The notes beneath the pieces were generated by a model. It was not told the DNA's origin and searched no databases. It saw nothing but the letters and a program-made list of their open reading frames with translations. A program made the position numbers and the translations under genes. Below are positions 29,431-45,464 of a stretch of DNA of 64,000 nt, in pieces. Origin of the DNA: the human T2T-CHM13v2.0 reference genome, Homo sapiens; assembly GCF_009914755.1 (NCBI RefSeq), contig NC_060934.1. The stretch is one strand, 5' to 3'. Every line of letters begins with the position of its first letter. Position 1 is the stretch's first letter.

Positions 29431-29504
29431 CTCTGCATCTATCGAGATGATCATGTGGGGTTTTTTTGTCTTTTTATGATATTGACATGTTGTTAAGAAT
29501 CAGG

Positions 29505-29856
29505 TTTTTATATAGCCATGATAAAGAATGAGATAATGTCCTTTGCAGGGACATGGATGGAGCTGGAGGCCATTATCCTTAGCAAACTAATGCGGGAACT
29601 GAAAACCAAATACTACATGTTCTCACTTATAAGTGGGAGCTAAATGGTGAGAATACATGGACACATAGAGGGGAACAACACACACTGGGGCCTTTTGGAG
29701 GGCGGAGGAGGGAGAAGATCAGGAAAAATAACTAATGGGCACTAGGTTTAATACCTGAATAATGAAATAATCTGTACAAAAACTCCCATGACACCAATTT
29801 ACCTATGTAACAAACCTGCACATGTATCTCTGAACTTACAATAAACATTAAAAAAA
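29505..29856 (+). mobile_element. L1PA 3' end
   Basis: gggacatggatggagctggaggccattatccttagcaaactaa..cctgcacatgtatctctgaactta; imperfect TSD aagaa(t/c)c(a/t)ggtttt. Confidence 0.9.
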
Positions 29857-29859
29857 GAA

Positions 29860-30790
29860 CCTGGTTTTGATTTCATTTTCCGTATTTTTAGTTTTCTATT
29901 TCATTGACTTTTGCTCTGTTATTTATTATTTCTTTCTTACAATCTACTTAGCATTTATTTGACCTTTTCGTTTTCTTAAGGCTCACCTTAAGATTTGAGA
30001 CTTTTTGTTTCTTTACAATATAGTTGTTTAATCCTCTAAATTAGCTCATAGCACTTCTTTGTGACATCTACAAGTTTTGATATGTCACGTGTCTATTTTT
30101 ATTCATTTCAAAATACTTTCTAATTTCCCTTCAATATTTTATTTGATCCATGGGTTTTTATTTAGTTTCCAAATATGTGCAGATTTTTTATATCTTCCTG
30201 TTGATTTTCATCTTAATTCAAATATGATTGGAGAATATACTTTATATGACTAGGAGCCTTTTTATATTTACTTACACTTGTTTTCTGCCTCAGAATGTGA
30301 TTTATCTTTATACTCTTTCCAGGTTGACATGAAAAGTCTGAGAATTCTTCCATTTTTGTGTGAGAGTTCTACATGTCAGTTAGGTCAATACACTAATATT
30401 GTCCAGATTTTTATATCCTTACTAATTTTCTATTTATCAGTTATTGAAAAAAGAGTAAGAAAATCTCACTATAACTGCAGATTTATCTATTTCTCCTTTC
30501 ATTTCTATTAGGTTTCTGCTTCAAGTATTTTGAAACACTGTTGTAACAGACATAAATATTTACATTTATTTTATCTTAACAATTATCTTAACCGCTTAAC
30601 TGATTAATAAAAGTAGTTTTTTAAATAACTGGAAATGTCCTTTGCTCTAAAGTTCACTTCATACAATAGTAATATAACTATACCAGCTTTATTTTGGCTA
30701 GTGTTAGCATGGTACATCACTTTCTACTCTTTTAGTTTTAATCTATTTATGTCTTTGTATGTAAAGTATATTTTATAGGCAGCATGTAGT
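29860..30790 (-). mobile_element. Old L1M fragment
   Basis: Degenerate antisense ORF2 (ttttggctagtgttagcatggtacatc). Confidence 0.7.
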
Positions 30791-31569
30791 TGGTCCTCTA
30801 CAACAAGCAAGAATATATTAAACAGGTTTTGGTATTGACCAAGATCTACAAAAACTTTCATAAGCCTGTGATAATCTTCCTTTTTTCTTGGTAATTTAAA
30901 ACAGTTAAGTGGTATCAGAATGATGCGATCCTGGAAGGTTAGCTAGTGGTTTGCCTATTCTCTACCACTCCCAACCCAGGAAAACAGTTGAATTTATTTA
31001 TTCTAGTGTTTTGGGTTTTTTGTTTGTTTGCATGTTTGTGCTTATTTTTGTAATGTCTTTTTTGAGGTATAATTGACATAAAAGCACTGCCATGTGTTTT
31101 ATGTGTACAATTTGGTGAGTTTGGACACGTGCAAACATCCATAATACCAGCACCACAACAGAGGTAATAGACAAATACAACTCTTCCCAACGTTTCCTTG
31201 TATTCCCCCTTTTTGTGTGTGTATAGTAAGAACACAACATGAGATATATCTTATTAACAAATTTTGAAGTGCCGTTGTTTGCTCTTAAATTATTTTTCTT
31301 TATTATTTTTTCTGTAAATTTACTTGGTCCTTTTCTAGCATCTTGTGTTAGATATTTAATTATTTTTATTCTTTAGTTTTTAGTAACTATTAAAAGGCTA
31401 TTAAATTTTCTCAAAGCACTTCTTTAGACATTATTCCATTTGCCTTGAATTATGTTGCTTGCAATTGCATTTTTGTTTCCTCTTTTAATCCAAAGCTATT
31501 TAAAATTTAGAAAATATTCAGCATTCCAGGATGGGGTTTTCTTATGTTTTTGTGATTGGTTTCTATCTT

Positions 31570-32367
31570 TTATTCTCTTGTTTTTTTGCTGCAAAAAACT
31601 TTATTTTCATTTGGTCCAAGGCTTGGGAGAGGGCTCCAAGATTGTTAAAAGGCTGGCTAGTGGCTGAATGAAGAAGCTCAGGCAGAAAGAAGCTCAGCCC
31701 TGATTCTTTGAGAAGGGCCCTTCGGAAGTCACTGGGCTCAGGAGGCTCCTAGTTGTGCTTTGAGAGTGAGACTTTTGAAGACATACTTGCCCAGTCTGGC
31801 CTCGGGGCCAGAGAGTCTGCAGAGGTTAGTCAGGTCCACCTATCTCCTTGATGAATCTTACTTCCTCACTTCCTCTGCCCTCACAGTCTGTGCGGGCAGA
31901 ACCCAGGGCATGAAAATCAAAAAGGGCCTGGTTCAGTTCTTCTCTAGAACCATGGTGATTTTCATGGGGTCCAGCAATTTACCCCACTCATCTTAAGACA
32001 GCTTCTGCCCTTCCTGGAATGCAGTGTGGCTGCCGCCCTGGTTTTGCATCTTCAAGATAGAAGCCCAGAGAGAGGTAGGTGTAAGGAAGCCCACAGATGC
32101 AAATTGACCAGGCAGGTGACAGCTACTTCCACCTCAGTGGAATAACTGAGAAATGTGGAAGTTCACAGTTGGTCAGCAAGAAGGAGCTAACATCAAAAAC
32201 GATGTTGGGTGGTCCCAGACCAAGAGACGGCCAAGAAGATGGTCCCGGAGGTTGCAAGTTAAGAAGAGATTGGAGGGTGGTTGGGGGCTGGAAGAGAGAG
32301 AGAATCTATTCCTTCCAAACACTGTTGAAGCAAGAGACAGATTCACAGGACTGCTGAATGCACTGCC
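31570..32367 (-). pseudogene. FTL: Processed pseudogene of ferritin light chain (FTL)
   Basis: Intronless match to the FTL mRNA: 5'UTR with IRE, CDS (start mutated to GTG at 32164-32166, stop at 31749-31751), and 3'UTR ending ccaagccttggaccaaatgaaaataaag plus A-tail. Internal deletion at 32056/32057 and frameshifts. Specific FTLP number not determinable. Confidence 0.95.
32307..32339 (-). promoter_or_regulatory. Iron-responsive element hairpin retained in the FTL retrocopy
   Basis: C bulge, TTCAA, CAGTGT loop (32319-32324), TTGGA: the canonical IRE upper stem and loop. Confidence 0.8.
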
Positions 32368-32539
32368 AATTTCTATATTAAAAAGAATGTAATCAATTAT
32401 ATTTCTTTTTTGAATTTGCTTACTTTGTCATCCAATATATAAATATGTTTAATGAATGTTCAGATAACACTTTAATGAAAGCTTTGGGAGGGTCCTCTCT
32501 ATATGAAGTTCTATATAATATGTTAAAGGCTTTTTCTGG

Positions 32540-32842
<303 letters not shown>

Positions 32843-33183
32843 TATAATATGTTAAAAGTTTTTATGTAATTTCCAGGTAGTTGGGAATTTTACTTATGTA
32901 TTTGTTATTGATTTCTAGCTTAATTCAACTGCAAATTAGGGAAAATATTCTGCGTCATGCCAATCATTGAAATATATTGAGTCTTTCTTTATGGTCCAGT
33001 GTGTGATCTGTTCTGGAAAATATTCCATACACATTCGTAAAAAATGATTACTGAGTTATGTGTTCTATGTATGTCTATCAGGTGAAGATTAGTAATTGTG
33101 TTGTCCAGATCTTCTATATCCTTTCTGATCTTTTCTTTTTATTATGTCAGCTATCAAGAAAAATGAATTAAAGTTTCCAACTA

Positions 33184-33342
33184 CAGTAAGTCCTCACGTA
33201 ATGTCATGGATAGTTTCTTGAAAACTGTGACTTAAAGCAGAAAGATGTATAATGAAATTACTTTTATCAACTGGGAATCATTTTTTTCTCATTAAAGTTA
33301 TGACAAAACGACATTGAATGAAATATTTTTCGAGGACCTGTG
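33184..33342. mobile_element. MER6-like (TcMar-Tigger) DNA transposon relic
   Basis: Terminal inverted-repeat-like ends ta-cagtaagtcctcacgtaatg ... ttttcgaggacctg. Confidence 0.7.
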
Positions 33343-33729
33343 CATGATTTGATTGGAAATTAGTCCATTTCTCTTTTTGGTTCTATGAGCTTTTGTTTTC
33401 CATGGTATCAAAGTAAGTTTTTATAGGAATGTTTGTCTTCAGTCCATTCATGACTTTTTTGTGCCCCCAAAATTAAATACTAGTTGCATCTTTTATGAAC
33501 ATATCATTTACTTTTAGCAATATCTACATTTGCATTTACATCACTTCCTGTATCATTCCTCAGTTTGTTCTAAATTGCACTAAATTTCAAAAATATTATT
33601 TTTTCTCTGTGCCAGCTCTAACTTACTTTCATTGAAGACGGTGTTTTATTTATAATTTTATTTTAAAGACTTTCAGTTAGTTCAGTAGATGGCTATGCTC
33701 CATTTCATTATTACTTGTAGTCTCAACAA

Positions 33730-33900
33730 CATGGACTTTAGAGTTACACAGATGTGGGTTTGAATTGTTATTCTTCCACTTAGTAGCTATGTGTATGAGT
33801 CACTTAATCACTTTGTGTCCCAGTTCCCTCTTTACAACATTATCTGGAATTTTTGTGAAGAATAAGGAAGATGATTTATTTAAAGACCTTAGCAATTCAA
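33730..33900 (+). mobile_element. MIR
   Basis: ggactttagagttacacagatgtgggtttgaat..ccacttagtagctatgtg. Confidence 0.75.
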
Positions 33901-33934
33901 TAAATAGTAGACAATTTTAAGGTTTTCATATCTT

Positions 33935-34237
33935 TTTTTAATTTTTATTTTTATTGACACAGGATCTTACTCTGTCAACCAAGCTGGAGTGCAGTAACAT
34001 GATCACAGCTCACTGCAGCCTTGACCTCCTGTAGTCAAGTGATCCTCCCACCTCAGCCTCCCCAGTAGCTGAGACTACAGGTGCAAACCACCATACCTGG
34101 CTAGTTTTTGTATTTGTTTGTAAAGACAGGAATTCACTATGTTGCCCATGCTGGTCTTGAACTCCTGGTCTCAAGTGATCTTCTGGCCTCAGGCTCCTAA
34201 AGTGCTGGGAGTACAGGCATGAGCCTCCATGCCCAGC
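33935..34237 (-). mobile_element. AluJ
   Basis: gatcacagctcactgcagccttgacctcc diagnostic. Confidence 0.92.
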
Positions 34238-34719
34238 ACATCTTTTCATTTCTAATGGCACCTATCAACTTACCTACATAGTGGGAGGAAGATCAGGGGA
34301 CTGCAAAAGGTTATTAGAAGGTTGAAGGGGTAGCTAAAAGATTCAAAACCTGAACAATCTTAGCTTGGGTCAAGAGTAGGGATGATTGGAAACAGAAACT
34401 CTACCGTTACCAGAACTCTCATCATCCCTGTCTGTGTCAACTTCGTTCATTCACACCACCTCCCTCCATTTGGCAGAGGTCACAGCTGACAGTGGTTTTG
34501 GGATTGCAGACATTCAGCTTCATAACCAGTGAGGATGGAAGCTTCTCTAGACCAGCTGCAAGGGGGAGAGCCTTGTTGTCCTGGCCTGGGTGTTTGTCCT
34601 TCCCTTGGACCAATTACTGTGGCCAGAAGAGAGGGATGGATACTGGATAATCTAAAGTTATGTGTTTGATGCCTGTTTTCTTTTCTTTTTCTTTGTACTG
34701 GGATGGTTTCGATCCAAAC

Positions 34720-35121
34720 TTGGAACAGAAGACTTGCTTTGCACGTAACTCTGAATGCTCTGAAGGTATTCAATAATCCCTTTAACTGCGTGCTTGGCTT
34801 CAATCAGGAATTCAACCCGACCTTACTAAGGACTAGGGTAAGTATTCTCCCTCATGACAGCCATGCCTCTTCCTCTTCAGAGCCCCAGTTTTAATGCTGC
34901 AACACAAGTATAGTAATCCCATGCGCTGCATTGGGAAATTTCCCCTAACATTGACTTGTTCTGCACCTTTTCTCCATCTTCTCGCCTACCCCAGAACTTC
35001 CACCTGAATTGGCATAGAAAAGATGACATGCTGCTCTTCCCACTGATGACAAACAAACAAGGGTAGACAGGTCGCTCAATGCTACACAACTCTTTGTGTA
35101 ATAATGGGAGAACCACAAGTA
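34720..35121 (-). pseudogene. Dynein-like exon remnant, AAA1
   Basis: Acceptor ttttatcttttcttag|T. Reads LSTLVCLSSVGRAACHLFYANSGGSSGVGEK (Walker A region, 34984-35004), KVQNKSMLGEISQCSAWDYY (~KDLAKALG..FNCSDGLDY) and AWLS*GRILTLVLSKVG (34816-34866; ~[20 protein letters not shown]). Confidence 0.75.
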
Positions 35122-35363
35122 CTAAGAAAAGATAAAACATGCTGGGTACTTAATATGTGCTTGACATTTTGCATGACAATGTCTTCCAAATTTCACAAGA
35201 AACCTATGAGAAGACACATTTTGCAGATAGGAGTCCAGCAGGGTTGAGTGGGATACACAGGATTGTCAAGTCCTTGTACTAGCAGTGAAAGAAAGAGCAG
35301 GGAGTTTGACACCTGTGCCTATGGTCTTTATCAGTGCCTTATACCCTGCCTCTCTGAGGTTAG

Positions 35364-35745
<382 letters not shown>

Positions 35746-36164
35746 GTGTTTTTTGTTTTAAGCAAATAACGTGTTATGCAAATACAGGTGTTTTTGGATG
35801 TGATTGTGTAATCTTTTTTAGTAATTTAAATTCTCTGTCAACCTCATCCCTCTCCTTTGGATAATTTAGTCACCCAGGGAATGTTCCTTTTGAATTTCTT
35901 CTTAAAGGTAGAAGAACCGCTGAACAGTAAGAGGAGACTAGAACATTATTGGCTATTGTTAAAGTCCTAGCTCTCCAAGATACAAAATTGTCCTCCTTTG
36001 AGCTGTCTCTGCCATTGCTTTTGAAGTGAAGGTGTCACTGGGAGTTTGAGGCATTTACAACTGATATTTCATTCATTACTTTAGTGAAAAGGCAATAATG
36101 GAACATCATTTAGGTATTTCCACTTTAATAAATTTATACATTACATATGTGTGTATTTACATGC

Positions 36165-36471
36165 CTAAAAAACAGGAGAAATCATTAATGTACTTTGTTG
36201 CTATACACTGTATGATTCCTTGTGGAATTCCAGGAGCAGAGTGCTCTAACAGCACATTTGAAAGCGTTTTATGAGTTTTTATTCACCTGCTCCAGGAAGA
36301 AACTAAAGTTTTCATTATTAGAGTTGCAATAGTTGCTTCTCAAAAGATAAGTACACTATTTTGCTGAGTTGGATCAACAGTGGAAGGTATATAACATCCA
36401 TCTTGTAACCAACTTTAATTTCGTCAACTTTAGTCAGACTCTTTAATTAATGGCTAGGGAATTGGCTTCAT
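36165..36471 (-). pseudogene. Dynein-like exon remnant, linker (QLP...VD, FPRF..SN region)
   Basis: Acceptor ttcttttaaaag|A. Reads *SQFPSH*LKSLTKVDE, then FFLEQV / HKTLSNVLLEHS / EF(P)R..YSNK across frameshifts. 3' end uncertain. Confidence 0.55.
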
Positions 36472-36608
36472 CTTTTAAAAGAATAAAATCTAATTGTGGT
36501 TCAAATTAAACAGTCTAATGAAAGTGACCACAAGGCAATTGATCAAAACTAATGCATAAGTAGTTTTGCTTTTGTTAAGTAAACCTCTTGTTTGTTTAAC
36601 ATAAATAC

Positions 36609-36682
36609 CTTAAGGGGCTTAACTCAAGCTATTGATGTATTGGAACCTCTAGAGGAAGTATAGCCAATTATTGTTGAAACTA
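36609..36682 (-). pseudogene. Dynein-like exon remnant carrying the linker WLY motif
   Basis: Acceptor ctcttttaaaag|T and donor AAG|gtattt. Reads (I)SFNNNWLYFL* (codons for WLYF at 36655-36666), matching dynein QRxWLYLEPIF. Confidence 0.7.
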
Positions 36683-36839
36683 CTTTTAAAAGAGGAATTG
36701 AGCTTAAGAAAATGCACATTTTCTCATTTTCCTAGTAAACAACTATTTATAATATTTCTAATACATGCTGAGTGATACATGCTTTACTCAGGATACTAAG
36801 AAGATCTACCCTCACCAATGTGGATGGTACCATATGGTT

Positions 36840-37260
36840 ATGAGAGTAGAAATTATGGATTCATAGATAACAACAACATTGAGAAATGGAAGGTGACAAC
36901 ATCTTGTAATATGGGATATAATTCAAAGTTGGAGAGGTGGGAGGAAGAATGGTCTGGAAGCTGCACTGTAGAGCAAGGGATACTTAATTCCCCTCCACAT
37001 CCAGTCATATCAGGGCTGTAGAAGAAAACCAGAACCTCCACTTCAGAGCAGAGTCAGGCTTGCCTCAATACAAGAGGGGAAAAGAACATGTAGAGACAAG
37101 GTGAAGGACTAAGGGGAGTTTGCTGATAATGAGCTATGAATTCAGAGGACACATTGGAAGGGTTGCAGGAGTTGGACAGAGGTGACAGAAAGGAATAGAT
37201 GGTGGAGATGAGGGTGAGGCTGGGAGTATTTGGGGAGTCAGAGGAAAAGGTTTTAGGGCT
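36840..37260. mobile_element. Probable L2 fragment
   Basis: Purine-rich degenerate L2-like sequence. Confidence 0.45.
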
Positions 37261-37606
37261 CTCTGTTCTCCCCAAATAACTACGGTACAAAGGATTAAGG
37301 CGGCAGGGTCTTCGTGTACAGGTTCACTCCCCATTCTCTATGACAGAGGCGGGTTTTGAGCTCAGCAGGCATGCTTGTACCGATCCAGCTGAAGGAGTAG
37401 GACTTCAGAGACTCTAGGGATTACACCAAGTGTGAGGTTCCTTCTTCACCTCTGATTGGTTTTGTCTCTAATCCAGTCAATAAAGTGAAACAAGAAGTCT
37501 TTCTCTTCTCATCTGACATTGAATTATTTCCATGTTTTTGTGATTTTATTAAATCTAGATCATCAGGTCAGCAGCACACATGATGCATGATAGAAAAGTA
37601 CACCAA

Positions 37607-37921
<315 letters not shown>

Positions 37922-37967
37922 TTAACCTGACATTTGGTTTGTTTTAGAGGTCTTGAGCACTGCTTAC

Positions 37968-38203
37968 ATTTCTCTGCAGTGCTTCAGAGTGAATTTCAAA
38001 AAAGCATTTATGGCCAAAGGAGTAGTAAAATATCTGGTAAAACAACAGTGACAATGTATTTTTGACAGACAGTCTTCATAAATACCATCTTTCCTAATAC
38101 TGTGGACTTCTGGGATTAATTGGGCTTTAGATTCTCCATCAAATGCACTTAGAGAACTTTCATCCCATTCTTTGGTGGTGATTGTATTTAACTGATGGTC
38201 TTG
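37968..38203 (-). pseudogene. Best-preserved dynein-like exon remnant (236 nt, open frame)
   Basis: Acceptor ttttaaag|CAA and donor AT|gtaagc. 78 open codons QDHQLNT...EDCLSKIH...LKHCRE. Its phase-2 end matches the phase-2 start of the next remnant. Confidence 0.7.
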
Positions 38204-38544
38204 CTTTAAAAATATATGTATGTGTGCATGCATGTGTATGCATGCATGTACATACACACACATACACACACATATCCGGTCTAAATCTTTCCAGTCATCC
38301 TACTAAAATAAAAAATCCCTGTGGTTCTCATGGTGGATCTCGTGTATTCTTTCTAGTTGCAACCCTATTCCTAGGTTTCAATTTTGCAAAGTATCATGCT
38401 AAATTTATATTTAGTTCTTTAAATTAGTTACTCTCATTAGATCTATTAGATCCTGTATCCTATGTAGCTTTAAGCTGATTTTAGAGTTTACTGAGCTGCC
38501 TACATTGTGTCACAGACCTGAGTATGAAAAACTAATCACGTAGT

Positions 38545-38986
38545 CCATTAGGTATTAGTGAATTTGTCACAGATTATGATATTTTTGCACATATTTTTCT
38601 TGCCCAGTCAAATCTCAGCAAAAAGCATAAATTTAATGCACATAAGCCACTTCCAAGTGACATTCAGAACTTGCTTTGCCAAGCAGCTTCCAATTCACCA
38701 TATGCCACAGATATTTCTATGCATTAATCCCAATTATATGATAATATCTATTCATATTGTTCACCAAACAGTTATGTGGGAGGAGAAGCCACATTTTGTA
38801 ACTCAGCCGGTTACGGTGGCTCATGCCTGTAATCCCAGCACTTAGGGAAGCAGAAGGAGGAGGATAGCTTGAGCCCAGGGGTTCGTGACCTGCCAGAGCA
38901 ACATAGCAAGACCCCATTCTCCACAAAAAGGCAAAACAAACAAACAAACAAACAAAAAAACCTGTAACACTTTGTAATTCAATTGC
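38545..38986 (-). pseudogene. Dynein-like exon remnant interrupted by a FLAM element
   Basis: Strong acceptor (tttttctcatgtattgtcgtctctgcag|G at 38986). With the FLAM and one TSD removed it reads AIELQNVASPPT*LFGEQYE*ILSYNWD*CIEISVAYGELEAAWQSKF*MSL, loosely like the dynein linker. 3' end uncertain. Confidence 0.5.
38806..38960 (+). mobile_element. FLAM_C-like Alu monomer
   Basis: Single arm with (caaa)n tail; TSD aca(t/c)tttgtaa(c/t)tca at 38791-38805 and 38967-38981. Confidence 0.9.
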
Positions 38987-39329
38987 CTGCAGAGACGACA
39001 ATACATGAGAAAAAATGAAAACAAAATGTGCAATAACTTTGTAAGTCAGAGAACTCTAATAATTTTATTATGGGAATCATTGCTTTCCAGCAAATTATGT
39101 TTCAGTGGTTTTAATTTTCAAGACCTACACTTTGGAAGATCATAAATAATAGTAACAAGAAGTGAGAAACCATCGATTGACTCAGAGATACAGGGAAATT
39201 AATATCCAAACCATGGGCTTGTCTTCCCTAATGAGGCACTGTTAGGAAGAACTGTATAGATTTTTTTAAATATACATGCAATAAACACTTTATTTATATA
39301 TCATTGCATAAAGCTCAGGACCGCAGTAG

Positions 39330-39600
39330 AAATCAGAAGGGAATGAATTCTTTTCTGGACACCGTGTCAGTCTGTAAATTATGAGACCCCAAAATAAAAC
39401 CAATGAATCAGCATCACGAGAAATGAAGTGGGTGATTTCCTTAGTCAAGGTGGCAAAATTCTGCAGAAATACTACATGACAAATTGAAACATACATGAAA
39501 CATACCTGTCAGATCCATTTTAATTTTAAAAAATTTCTGAAAGTGATACTCATTTGTGTCTGGCTGCATATCTGCACCTGAGATGAGTGTGGAGTTTAAC
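39330..39600 (-). pseudogene. Dynein-like exon remnant, neck/linker start
   Basis: Translations YHFQKFFKIKMDLTGMF and NFATLTKEITHF resemble the dynein N2 region (~W..PF..LDVEEL, ~LKKKIDDF). Boundaries uncertain. Confidence 0.4.
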
Positions 39601-40135
39601 GCATATGATCTTTTAGCAATTTGTTCATAAGTTAATTCTCACTTTCCTACCTGCCAGGGCATTATTTTGTTATCTGCTGGAAATCAAGGGCACTTTGGTT
39701 ACCCTGTACCTCCATGCTCAATATTCTCACATCTACCTACTAGTTTTTTTATATTTTTCTTCCTCTCCCTAATGTACTCACAGCTCTGGTCTTTGAAACC
39801 AAATGATTCATTCCTTTTGTGCCACCCAATTAAATATTTTTGCTTCCTTTCCTCTAATATATTTCCTTTTCTGATACATAATTGTCTTATTACCACATGT
39901 TGTTTGAATCTTTTATTCTTTTCTTATATATTTTTCTTGTTTATACCAATAATAGACATTGTAGTTTTTAAGTATCTAGAGAGTAATTTGCCTAATTATT
40001 GTGAAAGGGGATCTTGAAACAGCTGGATTCTTAATGCATATTCATATTGCTTCAATGATCTTGATGCAGGGAATACCGAGAAGTTTGAGGCTGCGGGAAT
40101 TTTAGAATGATTTTTGATATAAAAATAGCTGAAGA

Positions 40136-40465
<330 letters not shown>

Positions 40466-40539
40466 TTACTTTAAGAATAGTTGTTCTATTGCTCCAAAGA
40501 GAAATTAATTGCACGTATGGGACAATTGCTACAATTTTT

Positions 40540-40990
40540 AAATTTTAATTTAATTTAATTTAAAGTTCCGAGATACATGTACAGGATGTGCAGGTTTGTT
40601 ACATAGGTAAATGTGGGCCATGGTGGTTCGCTGCACCTATCAACCCATCACCTAGGTGTTAAGACCCAGCATGCATTAACTATTTATCCTGATGCTCTCC
40701 CTCCCCTCCCTAACCCCCAACAGGCCCCAGTGTGTGTTGTTCCCCTCCCAATATCTATATATTCTCATTGCTCAGCTCCTACTTTTAAGTGAGAACATGC
40801 GGTGTTTGGTTTTCTGTTTCTATGTTAGTTTGGTGAGGATAATGGCTTCCAGCTCCATCCATGTCCCTGTAAAGGACATGATCTCGTTCCTTTTTATGGC
40901 TGCATAGTATTTCACAGTATATATGTACTACATTTTCTCTATCCAGTCTGTGATTGATGGGCAATTGGGTTGATTCCATGTCTTTGTTAT
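40540..40990 (-). mobile_element. L1PA 3' end
   Basis: gatacatgtacaggatgtgcaggtttgttacataggtaa.. Confidence 0.9.
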
Positions 40991-40999
40991 TGAATCACT

Positions 41000-42083
<1,084 letters not shown>

Positions 42084-42101
42084 TAATTAATAAACCACAG
42101 C

Positions 42102-42685
42102 CTAGTGATTCCTCAAAGACCTAGAACCAGAAATACCATTTGACCCAGCAATCCCATTACAGGGTATATACCCAAAAGAATATAAATTATTCTATTATAA
42201 AGATACATGCACACGTATGTTCATTGCAGTACTTTTCACAATAGCAAAAACATGGAATCAACTCAAATGCCCATCAATGATAGACTGGATAAAGAAAATG
42301 AGGTACATATACACCATGGAATACTATGCAGCCCTTAAAAGGAACGAGATCACATACTTTGCAGGGACATGGATAGAGCAGGAAGCCATTATCCTCAGCA
42401 AAACTAAGGCAGGAACAGAAAATCAAACACCACAGGTTCTCACTCATAAGTAGGAGCTGAATGATGGAACACACGGACATAGAGAGGGGAACAACACCCA
42501 TTGAGTTCTGTGAGGGTGAGCGTTGGGGGAGGGAGAGCATCAGGATAAATAGCTAATGCATGTTGGACTTAATACCTAGGTAATGGGTTGATAGGAGCAG
42601 CAAATCACCATGTCATACATTTACCTATGTAACAAATCTGCACATCCTGCACATGTACCCTGGAACTTAAAATTTAAAAAAAAAG
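42102..42685 (+). mobile_element. L1PA 3' end
   Basis: MFIAVLFTIAKTWNQLKCP plus 3'UTR and A-tail. Confidence 0.92.
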
Positions 42686-42691
42686 AAAGAA

Positions 42692-43306
<615 letters not shown>

Positions 43307-43344
43307 CATTTCTTTAATTAATGTGCAATATATAAAGCAGATTT

Positions 43345-44620
<1,276 letters not shown>

Positions 44621-45464
44621 TTAGCAGATTTTATAATCCTATTGTCAGTAAGAATTTCTGTTCCCAACCTTATGTTCTTGTAGGAAATATAGAATATGTT
44701 GGGGACTGTTCTATTCTTTTTTCATATTCTGTTCCTGTTTCATGTTTATCAAGCCAGATGAAAAATACCCTTTCTTTTTCCTTTTCCCCCGAACAGCAGA
44801 AACTTAAATGACAATTTGAGTCTGTACATTTACACATGGTTATCCTTAATGCTCCTATAGTATTCCTCAAAGGGTGGCTACTATGTCCATTTTTTCGTGG
44901 TTAACATAGGTCTTCTAAGGTGATTATACATATTGCTTTTGCTAGAGCCATGTTATTTTTCACCTTTTGGTTCAAATATACAGAAAAATATACCAAATCT
45001 GCATTTTACCTCTTACTAAAAACAATATAGCTTGTAGGTGATGATAGATTCTAAGGAGAGAAGTTGGTGAAAAACATAAATATTACGTACCTCAGCAAAG
45101 ATTTATCTATGAATCTGTGTCATACTTGACAACAGGACAGGAGTCATGGGATAAAGCAAAAACTAAAGCTTTAGGAGTTCAAAAAAAAAAAAAAAAAAAA
45201 AAAACAAACAAAACAAAAAACAAAACACCAACCCTGGACTGAAAAAGCAATGATCAAAAGGACCTCACTGTATTTGAAAGAACAGTATATGAATTTCTGG
45301 ATTAGCATAAGAATGCATTTTGTGTGCCTTATTTATTAACACTCAGGCACCAATTAACAATCTGCAAAATGATGGTCCAGAGGATTACAAACAAAAACAA
45401 AACATACCGTTAACTGAAGTTAAAAATAAAAAATTCTAAAAACAAAAAAGTAGTGTGCCATAGA

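Noticed and set aside
35895-35915. RFFYL* as the dynein FPRFYFLS motif
   Set aside because: A better-placed EF(P)R..SN remnant lies at about 36200-36235, so this one may be coincidental. The interval could still be exonic.
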